In this document: piece after piece, positions 1-9,157 of the stretch
Position numbering within the stretch: position 1 is the first letter of the stretch
How the letters are laid out: each line of letters starts with the position of its first letter
From: Patescibacteria group bacterium
GTDB lineage: Bacteria > Patescibacteriota > Patescibacteriia > UBA9934
Length of the DNA stretch: 64,000 nt
Reading direction: 5' to 3'
Assembly (NCBI GenBank): GCA_018062825.1
Contig: JAGORL010000001.1
Span: forward strand, 47,137 to 111,136
The notes under the pieces: generated by a model
The model's database searches: none
What the model was told of the DNA's origin: nothing
The model's input: only the letters and a program-made list of their open reading frames with translations
Made by a program: the position numbers and the translations under genes

Positions 1-1185
1 AAGATCAATCTGATTGATCTCCTTACGGTCGCGTCGGGCTGCAAAGATCGCACCTTCATTCATGATGTTGCCAAGGTCAGCTCCTGAGAACCCAACCGTG
101 CGTTCAGCAACACGCTGGAGGTCAACTTCCTTTGCAAGCGGCTTGCCTTCAGCATGAATGCCAAGGATAGCTAAGCGATCTTTAAGGTCTGGGCGATCAA
201 GAATAACGCGACGATCAAAGCGCCCAGGGCGAAGAAGAGCTGGATCAAGAACATCCGGTCGGTTCGTGGCTGCAATGATGATCACGCCAAGATTCGGATC
301 AAAGCCGTCCATCTCAACGAGGATCTGGTTGAGCGTCTGCTCACGTTCATCATGGCCTCCGCCAAGCCCAGCGCCACGCTGGCGACCAACCGCATCGATT
401 TCATCAATGAAGATAATACAAGGCGCTGCCTTTTTTGCTTTTGCGAAAAGATCACGAACACGGCTCGCACCAACACCAACAAACATCTCAACAAATTCAG
501 ATCCAGAAATATGGAAGAACGGTACGTTAGCCTCACCGGCAACAGCGCGAGCAATAAGCGTTTTACCAGTTCCCGGTGGACCCATGAGAAGAACACCCTT
601 TGGAATCTTGGCTCCAAGATCGGCAAACTTCTTCGGTGTCTTCAAGAATTCAACAACCTCATTCAACTCTTCTTTAGCCTCAGTGTTTCCAGCAACGTCG
701 GCAAAGGTAACGCGATTCTTTTTGTTTGTGACTTCACGAGCATTTGCCTGACCAAACATCATGGCTTTTGAGTTTGCGCCCTGCATCTGGCGCAAGAAGA
801 TCCACATCACAATTGTTAAGCCAACGATAAACAGTACGGTTGGCAAAAGTGAGCGAATAATCTGCGAGCTCTGCGATGGCTCAATAACTTCAACCTGAAG
901 GGTATTAAGCGCTTCTTGAGAAACGCCGTAATCGGTAAAGACGTCACCAGCCGTTTGGCCAGATTCCTTCTTTGCCGTGTAGATAGTTTCATCTTTAGCT
1001 GTGGCGGTTAAAAGGTTATCGCGAACCTCAACACGGCTAATCTCTTGATTATTGATCTTAGTCACCATTTCAGAGAGAGCGATGTCGGTATTCTCTTGCG
1101 GCTTAAGGGAAGCAAAAGAAAGCACAAGCCCAAGGAGCACAATTGCGCCAAGAAAGGCGATGAGATTTTTGGAGAATGGTTTCAT
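1..1185 (-). CDS. ftsH: ATP-dependent zinc metalloprotease FtsH, N-terminal part (C-terminus lies beyond window start)
   Basis: Minus-strand translation from ATG at 1185: [18 protein letters not shown] (TM), then the AAA+ module [26 protein letters not shown]...[15 protein letters not shown]...[24 protein letters not shown]. Not in ORF track because it runs off the window. Confidence 0.85.
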   Translation of the reverse strand, partial: MKPFSKNLIAFLGAIVLLGLVLSFASLKPQENTDIALSEMVTKINNQEISRVEVRDNLLTATAKDETIYTAKKESGQTAGDVFTDYGVSQEALNTLQVEVIEPSQSSQIIRSLLPTVLFIVGLTIVMWIFLRQMQGANSKAMMFGQANAREVTNKKNRVTFADVAGNTEAKEELNEVVEFLKTPKKFADLGAKIPKGVLLMGPPGTGKTLIARAVAGEANVPFFHISGSEFVEMFVGVGASRVRDLFAKAKKAAPCIIFIDEIDAVGRQRGAGLGGGHDEREQTLNQILVEMDGFDPNLGVIIIAATNRPDVLDPALLRPGRFDRRVILDRPDLKDRLAILGIHAEGKPLAKEVDLQRVAERTVGFSGADLGNIMNEGAIFAARRDRKEINQIDL

Positions 1186-1274
1186 ACGTTCATGGCTGAT
1201 TTTGGCAGAAAAAATGAAATGGAGCAAGCAAAGTAAAAACCCGCCTATGCTGGCGAGTTTTTACCGGTCATGAT

Positions 1275-2426
1275 TTAGGAAGCGGCTTCTGGAGCTACTT
1301 CTTCTTTCTTTTCCTTCTCCTTGCTCTTCTTCTCTTCACGAAGAGAGAGGCCAAGGCGGTGTTCGTTTGGTTCAATGGAAACGATACGGAACTTCATCGT
1401 CTCACCAACCTTGCCGATCTTGGTTGGATCCTCAACTGCCTTGTCAGACAATTCAGAGACGTGTGCAAGACCCTGGATGTCCTCATCAAGCTCTACAAAG
1501 AAGCCGAATGGGTTCACCTTTACGATCTTACCCTCAACCCAGTCACCGGTGTTGTACTTCTTCGCTACGTTCTTCCATGGATCCTCGGTGAGCTTCTTCA
1601 TGGAAAGGAAGATCTTGGAGCCCTCAATGCCGATGATCTCAGCTTGAGCATTATCGCCAACCTTCAGGACATCCTTCGGGTGATCAATACGCTGCCAAGC
1701 GATCTCAGAAATGTGGACAAGACCCTCAAGTGGCGTGCTTGTACCTGTTGGGTAGAACTTCACGAATGCGCCGAAGTCTGCAACTGCAGAAACTTCACCC
1801 GCAATAACGTCACCAACCTTGCACTGAGCGATAACGTTCTTCTGCTCGTCCTCCCAGATAGCTTTCTCAGAAACGATGAGCTTGCCGTCGCCTTCCTGAA
1901 CATCGAGAACGCGAACGCGCATCTCGTTGCCAACGTAGCTCTTCAACTTTTCAAGAATCTTCTGCTTGTCGCCGCCCGCTACACGTGGGTAGTGCTCAGG
2001 AGCAAGCTGGGAAACTGGCAAGAAGCCCTGTACGTGACCAACGCGGACGATGAGTCCACCCTTGTTGGCGTCAAGAACCTTAACAGCGATCGCTTCACCG
2101 CGCTCAGAGAGCTCGGAAAGATCCTGCCAGGTACGCTTCTGACCGGCGTGACGGAAGGAAAGCTCCATTTCGCCATTCTCGTTTTCAAGGTCAACAACCG
2201 TTGCCTCTACTTCGTCTCCTGCATTGAGGTTACGGTAAACATCGCTCTCGTTATAAAGCTCGCGACCACGGACAACGCCGACCATAAGGCCGTTGATGTC
2301 TACCTTGATCTGACGACCCTTGGTGGAGAGAACCTTGCCCTTAACAAGGTCGCCCTTGCTTGGGATTGTTAGGTACGTACCATCCTCAAACAACTTATCG
2401 AGTTCTGATGATGAAACATCATTCAT
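1275..2426 (-). CDS. rpsA: 30S ribosomal protein S1 (four S1 domains)
   Basis: 383 aa with repeated S1-domain pattern (G..V.G.V....FGAFV). Acidic/Lys-rich C-terminal tail. Confidence 0.85.
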   Translation of the reverse strand: MNDVSSSELDKLFEDGTYLTIPSKGDLVKGKVLSTKGRQIKVDINGLMVGVVRGRELYNESDVYRNLNAGDEVEATVVDLENENGEMELSFRHAGQKRTWQDLSELSERGEAIAVKVLDANKGGLIVRVGHVQGFLPVSQLAPEHYPRVAGGDKQKILEKLKSYVGNEMRVRVLDVQEGDGKLIVSEKAIWEDEQKNVIAQCKVGDVIAGEVSAVADFGAFVKFYPTGTSTPLEGLVHISEIAWQRIDHPKDVLKVGDNAQAEIIGIEGSKIFLSMKKLTEDPWKNVAKKYNTGDWVEGKIVKVNPFGFFVELDEDIQGLAHVSELSDKAVEDPTKIGKVGETMKFRIVSIEPNEHRLGLSLREEKKSKEKEKKEEVAPEAAS

Positions 2427-2540
2427 AGAAATATTCCCGGCGGAGTCTCATGTACATGTGCATGAAAGCCTCCGGGCGCTAAGAATTCGTACTTCTTATA
2501 AGAAAGAAGAACGTGGAAATAGTAGTGAAGTAAGCCTAAA

Positions 2541-3275
2541 ATGTCAAACCTGCTACACTGTGCGCATATGGCCCATCCGTATCAATACCTCCTGCAAGAA
2601 TACGAAATTTCAATCAAAAAACTCGTTCCTTTAACGCCACCGGACGTAATTGGGGAAGCGCAGAAGCTTTTTGAAGACTTTCAGCGTAATGAAAACGTTA
2701 CTGAGCGTCAGATTCGTCAGGCACTCGTGCATATCGGTAAAAAAGAGTACGCATACCGAAAGGCCTATGAAGAACTCTGCGCCACTGATGAAGAAAAGCG
2801 CCTACAATCAGCGGTCATCGGGCGCCTAGAGCCCGCCGTTCAGGTCAAGCTCCAGCCGTTATTTGATAACGGAGTTCATGTGCTTGATTATGTGAATAGC
2901 CGACTTTTTGAGGAGCAGTTGAGTTCAGATGAGCGTTATCACGTAGAACAGGCGATCCTAATTGCGCATGATGAGCTGAAGAAGCAGTGTAGTGATCGTG
3001 CGGCTGAACGAAAAGAATCATATGAACAATTAGTAGCCAAGTGGCGCGCTAAACAAAACGAGATACAAACGCTCATTGATCAGCTGCGTGGCATGTCCAC
3101 CCGTGATGAAAAGTGGGCGAGTGAGATTATTGGTAAAGCCGATCAGTTAGAAGAAGGCTGGTCGGTCGTTGAGCGCGATCCGGATCACCAAGAAGTGCAA
3201 AAAGAACTCGAATACTGGCACACGGTTTTAGAAGAAGGCGAGTCAAGTGCTGATACCGATACCGGAACGTTCTAA
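2541..3275 (+). CDS. hypothetical protein, predicted helical/coiled-coil
   Basis: 244-aa ORF with native GC. No recognisable motif. Confidence 0.4.
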   Translation: MSNLLHCAHMAHPYQYLLQEYEISIKKLVPLTPPDVIGEAQKLFEDFQRNENVTERQIRQALVHIGKKEYAYRKAYEELCATDEEKRLQSAVIGRLEPAVQVKLQPLFDNGVHVLDYVNSRLFEEQLSSDERYHVEQAILIAHDELKKQCSDRAAERKESYEQLVAKWRAKQNEIQTLIDQLRGMSTRDEKWASEIIGKADQLEEGWSVVERDPDHQEVQKELEYWHTVLEEGESSADTDTGTF

Positions 3276-3337
3276 ACACCCCGCCTTCCTTAAGGATATT
3301 TGGTGTGTTACGCTTTGGCCGACTTTGATGCAACCGT

Positions 3338-3976
3338 ATGCAAATATCTTGGAATGGCTTGGGATCGTTTTCAATTGTGAGCAAACCAGCGCAAGCTGAC
3401 GTTACTTTGGTTACTAATCCGTTCTCGACCAAGGAGCAGAAAATGAAGGAGCAAACCGCTTCTCTTGTTGTCATGTCTCATGATGATAAAGACGCTAATG
3501 CGCTTTCCTTGGTAAACGCAGAACACCCTGAAGAAGGCAGAAAGGTGTTTGCTATTGAGCACGCCGGTGAGTTTGAAGTACAAGGCGTGTTTGTAACAGG
3601 TGTACATGCCCCAAGAAAGGGTGGCGTGCGTCACGCCGTGTACCGCATCCGCTCCGAGGGCTTGAATATTGCCTTTCTTGGAGCTCTAAACAGAGCGCTC
3701 ACAAATGCAGAAATAGAAGAACTAGGTAGTATTGATATTGCCATTGTTCCGTGTGGTGGTGGGGATGTATTAGGCGTAAAGGATGCCGCTGAACTTATTA
3801 CCGCCCTAGAGCCACGGGTTGTGATCCCTTCATATGTATCGTCCGCTGACGACGGTGGAACCCCACCGGATGCACTAGCAAAAGAACTGGGACTAGTGCC
3901 GGAGTCAGTAGGCAAGTACAAGATTACCCGTGCACAGTTACCACAAGAAGAAATGAAATACGTTATTTTAACCTAG
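3338..3976 (+). CDS. MBL-fold (Lactamase_B_3/UPF0173-like) protein with degenerate metal-binding motif
   Basis: Architecture matches UPF0173: MQISWNGLGSFSIV ... IDIAIVPCGGGDVLGVKDAAELITALEPRVVIPSY. The HxHxDH motif is replaced by SHDDKD. Confidence 0.5.
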   Translation: MQISWNGLGSFSIVSKPAQADVTLVTNPFSTKEQKMKEQTASLVVMSHDDKDANALSLVNAEHPEEGRKVFAIEHAGEFEVQGVFVTGVHAPRKGGVRHAVYRIRSEGLNIAFLGALNRALTNAEIEELGSIDIAIVPCGGGDVLGVKDAAELITALEPRVVIPSYVSSADDGGTPPDALAKELGLVPESVGKYKITRAQLPQEEMKYVILT

Positions 3977-3985
3977 TCAATACGT

Positions 3986-4261
3986 ATGCCAAGCGTGACG
4001 CGTACTATAACGCCTGAACAAAGACGTCGCGCACTCATGGTTGGTATTTTCGGTGGTCTCGCTGTGGTTACCTTGATCAGTTTTCAAGTGGTCGTTACCC
4101 TCACAAAGCCTCCGACATCAGCCCCACCCTCGGCGCAAGAGACTGAAACAAATGGACGGCTGATAAATGGGATGGACTCCTTAAAAGAGTCAGTGACCGG
4201 ATTAAAGGGTGTGACGCAGGAAGCTTGGGACGTTGCGCAAGATGAGGTACAAAATCAGTAA
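3986..4261 (+). CDS. small membrane protein, hypothetical
   Basis: 91 aa with one TM helix (LMVGIFGGLAVVTLISFQVVV). Confidence 0.35.
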   Translation: MPSVTRTITPEQRRRALMVGIFGGLAVVTLISFQVVVTLTKPPTSAPPSAQETETNGRLINGMDSLKESVTGLKGVTQEAWDVAQDEVQNQ

Positions 4262-4270
4262 TCATGAGCT

Positions 4271-6823
4271 ATGGCCGATAAAAAGCCCGTCAATCCAGAA
4301 CCAGAACCAAAGCAAGAGAATAGTCTCGTGCCTGTTGGAACGATCATCTCGCAAAGCATTACGGATGAAATGCGCCGAGCGTATCTTGATTACGCCATGT
4401 CGGTTATCGTTTCACGCGCCCTTCCGGATGTGCGTGATGGCTTAAAGCCGGTACACCGCCGTATTTTGTATGCCATGTGGTCGATCGGTTTGCGCTCTGG
4501 TGCGCGTTTCCGTAAGAGCGCAAACGTCGTGGGTGAAGTGATGGCTAAGTATCACCCGCACGGCGACTTCGCGATCTATGATTCCATGGTCCGCATGGCT
4601 CAGGATTTCTCATACCGCTACCCGCTTGTTAACGGTCAAGGAAACTTCGGTTCCATGGACGGCGATGCAGCGGCTGCCATGCGTTATACCGAGGCTAAGC
4701 TCACCGCTATCGCTGAAGAGCTGTTAACGGACATTGAAAAGAACACTGTTGATTTTCGTCCAAACTACGACGGCTCTCATGATGAGCCGGTAGTTTTGCC
4801 AACCAAACTGCCAAACCTGCTCGTGAACGGCATGCTGGGTATTGCGGTTGGTATGGCAACAAACCTGCCACCGCATAACGCCAAAGAGGTTTGTACTGGC
4901 TTACTCGCGCTTATTGATAATCCAGAACTCACCGTTGATGATCTTCTCGTACACATTCCTGGTCCTGATTTTCCAACGGGCGGTATTGTTTACGGCGCCA
5001 ATGACTTGAAGGCCGCTTACGCAACCGGTAAGGGTGGCGTTGTTGTGCGCGCCAAGGCGGATATCGTAGAGGGCAAAAAGGATGCGCACATGATCGTGAT
5101 CACGGAAATACCGTACATGGTCAACAAAGCTACGCTTTTAGAAAAGATCGCTGATCTTGTTCGTGATAAAAAGCTTGAAGGCATTCGCGATTTGCGCGAT
5201 GAGAGTAACAAAGAGGGCGTACGTATCGTGGTTGAGCTCAAGAAGGATTCCTATCCTCGCAAGGTCTTGAACATGCTGTATCAGCTCACGCCACTCCAGA
5301 CCACATTCCACTACAACATGCTTGCGCTTGTTGATGGTTTGCAGCCACGTATTTTGACCGTGAAGCAAATCCTTGAAGAGCACGTCAAGCACCGTAAAGA
5401 GGTCGTTCGTCGTCGCACGCAATTTGATCTTGATAAGATCAAAGATCGTTTGCATATCTTGGAAGGCTTGCGCATCGCGCTTGCCAATATCGATGACGTC
5501 ATCGCTACCATCAAGAAGTCGGCTGATAAAGATGAGGCTCGCGAGAACCTCATGAAGAAGTTCAAGATGAGTGAGCGTCAAGCTTCCGCTATTTTGGAAA
5601 TGCGCCTGCAGAATCTTGCCAACCTTGAGCGTTTAAAGATCGAGCAAGAGTATGATGAAAAGTCCGCCATCATGCGTGAACTTGAATCAATCTTGGCCTC
5701 TGAGAAGAAGATGCTCAAAGTGATCCGTGATGAGGTTGAAGCGCTCATGAAGCAGTACGGCGATGATCGTCGCACTAAGATCGTTAAGTCTGGCGTTAAG
5801 GAATTCTCCATGGAGGATCTTATTCCAGATGTGCAAACAATCGTCCTCATGACCAAAGACGGCTACATCAAGCGTCTTGCCTCTGACGCCTTTGCTCAGC
5901 AGGGTCGTGGTGGAAAGGGTGTCATGGGCCTCACCACCAAAGAGGAAGATTCTGTTGAAGCGGTTTATACCACCACCACCCACCAGGATCTGATGTTCTT
6001 CACCTCTCGTGGCCGCGTTTTCCGCCTGAAAGCCTATGAGATTCCTGAGGCGTCTCGTACCGCTAAGGGTCAGGCGATCGTGAACTTCTTAAACCTCGGT
6101 CCTGGTGAAAAGGTCACCGCTGTTCTTTCCGGAGATCTTAAGAAAGAAAAAGCAAAATTCATCGTCATGGTTACAAACCGTGGAACGATCAAAAAGACAT
6201 CACTCGATGACTTTGAAAACGTCCGCAGTTCCGGCCTTATCGCCATCAAGTTAAATGACGGCGATAACCTCGAGTGGGTTCGTACCTCAACCGGCAAAGA
6301 TGAAATCATGCTCGTCACTGCAAACGGTCTCTCTATCCGTTTCTCTGAGGATGATGTTCGCTCTATGGGTCGTGTTGCCGCCGGCGTACGCGGCGTAAAA
6401 CTCAAGGGTGAGGATTCGGTGATCGGCATGGAGGTTGTAACCCCAGAAGATCTGAAGAACGCCAAGCAGCTCTTGATTGTGATGGCAAACGGCTATGGCA
6501 AGCGCACAGATGTAAATGAGTACACACTTCAGGGTCGTGGCGGCATGGGCATTAAGACTGCTCAGATCACCACAAAGACGGGCAAGCTCGTAGCCGCTCG
6601 CCTCGTTGCAAACGACGACGAACGAGACCTGCTTGTCGTGTCAGTTGCCGGTCAAGTTATCCGCACCTCAGTGACCTCAGTTTCAATTCTCGGTCGTGCT
6701 ACCCAGGGGGTGCGTGTTATGCGCTTCAAAACCCCGGCAGACGCGGTAACAACGGTAACCCTCATTGGTGAGGATGCCGAGATTCCAGAGCCTGCAACTG
6801 AGAAAAAAGCCAAGAAAGAGTAA
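4271..6823 (+). CDS. gyrA: DNA gyrase subunit A
   Basis: 850 aa. HRRILYAMW..., active-site region [10 protein letters not shown]-terminal beta-pinwheel repeats. Confidence 0.95.
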   Translation: MADKKPVNPEPEPKQENSLVPVGTIISQSITDEMRRAYLDYAMSVIVSRALPDVRDGLKPVHRRILYAMWSIGLRSGARFRKSANVVGEVMAKYHPHGDFAIYDSMVRMAQDFSYRYPLVNGQGNFGSMDGDAAAAMRYTEAKLTAIAEELLTDIEKNTVDFRPNYDGSHDEPVVLPTKLPNLLVNGMLGIAVGMATNLPPHNAKEVCTGLLALIDNPELTVDDLLVHIPGPDFPTGGIVYGANDLKAAYATGKGGVVVRAKADIVEGKKDAHMIVITEIPYMVNKATLLEKIADLVRDKKLEGIRDLRDESNKEGVRIVVELKKDSYPRKVLNMLYQLTPLQTTFHYNMLALVDGLQPRILTVKQILEEHVKHRKEVVRRRTQFDLDKIKDRLHILEGLRIALANIDDVIATIKKSADKDEARENLMKKFKMSERQASAILEMRLQNLANLERLKIEQEYDEKSAIMRELESILASEKKMLKVIRDEVEALMKQYGDDRRTKIVKSGVKEFSMEDLIPDVQTIVLMTKDGYIKRLASDAFAQQGRGGKGVMGLTTKEEDSVEAVYTTTTHQDLMFFTSRGRVFRLKAYEIPEASRTAKGQAIVNFLNLGPGEKVTAVLSGDLKKEKAKFIVMVTNRGTIKKTSLDDFENVRSSGLIAIKLNDGDNLEWVRTSTGKDEIMLVTANGLSIRFSEDDVRSMGRVAAGVRGVKLKGEDSVIGMEVVTPEDLKNAKQLLIVMANGYGKRTDVNEYTLQGRGGMGIKTAQITTKTGKLVAARLVANDDERDLLVVSVAGQVIRTSVTSVSILGRATQGVRVMRFKTPADAVTTVTLIGEDAEIPEPATEKKAKKE

Positions 6824-6832
6824 AAAAGAGAG

Positions 6833-6868
6833 CCTCGTACCTAAAAAGTACGGGGTTTTCATTTGTGA
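6833..6868 (+). terminator. Rho-independent terminator after gyrA
   Basis: gcctcgtacc-taaaaa-gtacgggg followed by ttttcattt. Confidence 0.5.
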
Positions 6869-6887
6869 GCCAGACGCACAGGAATGC

Positions 6888-6916
6888 TTGACGGCTTTTC
6901 ACAATTCCGCTAGCAT
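6888..6916 (+). promoter_or_regulatory. candidate sigma70 promoter for rpmF
   Basis: TTGACG - 17 nt - TAGCAT, about 25 nt upstream of rpmF ATG. Confidence 0.35.
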
Positions 6917-6940
6917 ACGCCCATTCTTACGCATCCTCTT

Positions 6941-7237
6941 ATGCCATTGCCATCATTTCGTAACTCTCGTTCCAAGGTTCGCCGCCGCCGCTCACACCAC
7001 GCCCTTAAGCCACTTGCGGTAAACGCTTGTGCAGCTTGTGGTGCTACCGTGCTTCCACACCGCGCCTGTAAGGCCTGTGGTGCGTACAACGGTCGCTCTG
7101 TAAAGAAGACTGGTGACGCCGAGGTAAAGAAGGTTTTGGCTAAGAAGGTTGCAGCTACTTCCACTGAGGAAAAGCCGGTAGCCAAGAAGGCTGTCGCTAA
7201 AAAGCGCGTAGCCAAGAAGGCCGACAAATCCGAGTAA
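6941..7237 (+). CDS. rpmF: 50S ribosomal protein L32 with Lys/Ala-rich C-terminal extension
   Basis: SKVRRRRSHHALKP, zinc ribbon CAACG...CKACG. C-terminal tail KKVAATSTEEKPVAKKAVAKKRVAKKADKSE. Confidence 0.8.
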   Translation: MPLPSFRNSRSKVRRRRSHHALKPLAVNACAACGATVLPHRACKACGAYNGRSVKKTGDAEVKKVLAKKVAATSTEEKPVAKKAVAKKRVAKKADKSE

Positions 7238-7242
7238 CAAAA

Positions 7243-7266
7243 AGTCCCCGCGAGGGGACTTTTTAG
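7243..7266 (+). terminator. Rho-independent terminator after rpmF
   Basis: agtcccc-gcga-ggggact then ttttag. Confidence 0.6.
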
Positions 7267-7349
7267 TTCAATCAGCCGAGAGCGCCACCCACTTCCGCGA
7301 GCTAGAAATATGCGGTATGCTCCCTAAGGCTTATCTTTCTTTGTTGTCT

Positions 7350-7883
7350 ATGTCCAATCGTCACCTCGCGCGCACCATGGCTATGCAAGCCCTCTATGAG
7401 TGGGATTTTCGTGGTCAGAACGCCGCTCGATTGCCTGAAATTCTCGCCTTCGTAAAGGAGGAGTTTGCTAAGGGCTTTGATGACGGTGGCTACCTAGAGA
7501 GTCAGGTTGCAGGTGTTATGGGCAAAATGGCGGAGATCGACGCCCTGTTAAATGAGTTCACGCCAAACTGGAATATTGAAACCATGACCGCTATTGATCG
7601 CAATATTTTACGCCTTGGCGTATATGAATTGCGCTTCGATGAATCCATTCCTTCCAAGGTGGCCATTAATGAAGCGATCGAGCTCGGTAAATCATTTGGT
7701 GGGGAGGCGTCAGGTAAGTTCGTGAATGGTGTTCTTGGCGCTGTCTTCAAGGACATGACGGGGAAGGGCATTGTAAAGCAAGCAGATATCGATGCTGAAA
7801 AGAAAGCCAAAGAAAAGGAGGCTAAACAAAAAGATGCGACGATCGCCGAAGTTCAAGAGAGCGATGCGCCGCTTGAAACATAG
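7350..7883 (+). CDS. nusB: transcription antitermination factor NusB
   Basis: MSNRHLARTMAMQALYEWDF... is a NusB signature. ORF track starts at 7317; internal ATG at 7350 gives the canonical N-terminus. Confidence 0.85.
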   Translation: MSNRHLARTMAMQALYEWDFRGQNAARLPEILAFVKEEFAKGFDDGGYLESQVAGVMGKMAEIDALLNEFTPNWNIETMTAIDRNILRLGVYELRFDESIPSKVAINEAIELGKSFGGEASGKFVNGVLGAVFKDMTGKGIVKQADIDAEKKAKEKEAKQKDATIAEVQESDAPLET

Positions 7884-7885
7884 AT

Positions 7886-8578
7886 ATGAGAAAGAATATT
7901 ACGCAGTTAGCAGAAGTCTTAGGGGTTCCTTACAAAGCAGATGGACACTTAGAGCAGGCGGTTGTTCACCGGTCTTACCTCAATGAGCACGGTGACTTTC
8001 CTCTTGCCCACAACGAGCGCCTCGAATTTTTAGGAGATGCGGTTTTAGAGCTTGTTGTAACTGAGCACTTGTATCTCACGTACGGCAACCCAGAAGGGGA
8101 GCTGACAACCTGGCGTTCAGCGCTTGTAAACGGTGACAGTTTGGCTGATATCGCTATCGAACTTGGCATTGAGCCATACCTCTACCTTTCAAAAGGAGAG
8201 GAGCGTGATGCTAACTCCAAGGCTCGTCGTTACATTCTGGCAAACGCTATGGAGGCAGTGATCGGCGCTGTGTATCTAGATTTTGGTTGGGACATCGCAA
8301 AAACATTTGTCATGAAACACGTAGTAAGTAAACTCACCGAGATCATTGAGAAGCGAACGTACATTGATCCAAAGAGTCGCTTCCAAGAGGCGGCGCAATC
8401 AGTAGCTTCGGTTACACCAAGCTACAAAGTTCTCGAGGAGTCTGGTCCGGATCACGCGAAGCTTTTCCGCATGGGTGTCTACTTAGGTAAAGAGCTCGTG
8501 GCAGAAGGTAGCGGTTCAAGTAAGCAGGAGGCCCAAATCTCCGCCGCTGAAAATGGCCTGAAAGCCAAGGGGTGGTAA
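7886..8578 (+). CDS. rnc: ribonuclease III
   Basis: RNase III signature ERLEFLGDAVLELVVTEHLY plus C-terminal dsRBD. Confidence 0.9.
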   Translation: MRKNITQLAEVLGVPYKADGHLEQAVVHRSYLNEHGDFPLAHNERLEFLGDAVLELVVTEHLYLTYGNPEGELTTWRSALVNGDSLADIAIELGIEPYLYLSKGEERDANSKARRYILANAMEAVIGAVYLDFGWDIAKTFVMKHVVSKLTEIIEKRTYIDPKSRFQEAAQSVASVTPSYKVLEESGPDHAKLFRMGVYLGKELVAEGSGSSKQEAQISAAENGLKAKGW

Positions 8579-8588
8579 GAAAACAAAA

Positions 8589-8617
8589 AAGCACCAGCGT
8601 AAAGCGGGTGCTTTTTT
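8589..8617. terminator. bidirectional terminator (rnc on + / tRNA-Lys on -)
   Basis: aaaaaa-gcacc..ggtgc-tttttt hairpin flanked by A-tract and T-tract. Confidence 0.5.
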
Positions 8618-8691
8618 GGTGGACCGGGCGGGGATCGAACCCGCGACCAATTGATTAAGAGTCAACTGCTCTACCGCTGAGCTACCGATCC
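8617..8691 (-). tRNA. tRNA-Lys (anticodon CTT)
   Basis: Reverse complement folds as a cloverleaf: acceptor GGATCGG/CCGGTCC, anticodon loop CTCTTAA, T-loop GGTTCGATC, encoded CCA. Confidence 0.85.
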
Positions 8692-8729
8692 ATGGGAGAA
8701 AGTATACCTGAAAACGTCGGTAGTATGAC

Positions 8730-8762
8730 ATGATTTTTGACCTAAGTCAACAACTCACGTAC
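8730..8762. promoter_or_regulatory. candidate divergent promoter with palindromic -35 (TTGAC-N5-GTCAA) between the two tRNA genes
   Basis: ttgacctaagtcaa reads as TTGACC on + and TTGACT on -. Weak -10 candidates on both sides. Confidence 0.25.
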
Positions 8763-8775
8763 CCTATTTTCGCAT

Positions 8776-8852
8776 GCGGCGTTAGCTCAGTTGGATAGAG
8801 CGTCTGGCTTCGAACCAGAAGGTCGGGAGTTCGAGTCTCTCACGCTGCACCA
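8776..8852 (+). tRNA. tRNA-Arg (anticodon TCG)
   Basis: Acceptor GCGGCGT/ACGCTGC, D-arm GCTCAGTTGGATAGAGC, anticodon loop CTTCGAA, T-loop GGGAGTTCGAGTCTCTC, encoded CCA. Confidence 0.85.
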
Positions 8853-8882
8853 AAAAACCTCCTCAATCAGGAGGTTTTTTGT
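8853..8882 (+). terminator. Rho-independent terminator after tRNA-Arg
   Basis: aacctcct-caatc-aggaggtt + tttttt. Confidence 0.6.
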
Positions 8883-8910
8883 ATTTGCTATACTATAAGA
8901 AACGTCCACT

Positions 8911-9117
8911 ATGCCCATCCTCCTGCTCATCGGTATTGTACTCTTCGGCTTGCCAGCCGCGCTCATCATCGGCTTTGCCGCCTACATCTTCTGGGGCTTT
9001 ATTTCAGATGATAAAGATGCCCGTGCTATCTTCAACTTAGCGCTCATTATCATGTTGATTGGTGCCCTCTTTATTGCGGGTCACATTGTTGGCAACGTGA
9101 TCGTTGTTAGTCCATAA
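8911..9117 (+). CDS. small two-TM membrane protein, hypothetical
   Basis: 68 aa, two hydrophobic helices. Confidence 0.35.
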   Translation: MPILLLIGIVLFGLPAALIIGFAAYIFWGFISDDKDARAIFNLALIIMLIGALFIAGHIVGNVIVVSP

Positions 9118-9157
9118 ATTTGAAAGAGTAGCCAAGGCGCGGTACTATCCGCGTCGT

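Noticed and set aside
1359-2372. 337-aa plus-strand ORF inside rpsA
   Set aside because: Antisense to a well-supported S1 protein gene. No motifs. Leu-rich antisense composition.
6910-7240. Minus-strand ORFs (105 and 82 aa) overlapping rpmF
   Set aside because: Antisense of the Lys/Ala-rich L32 tail. Repetitive Ala/Thr/Phe composition, no start context.
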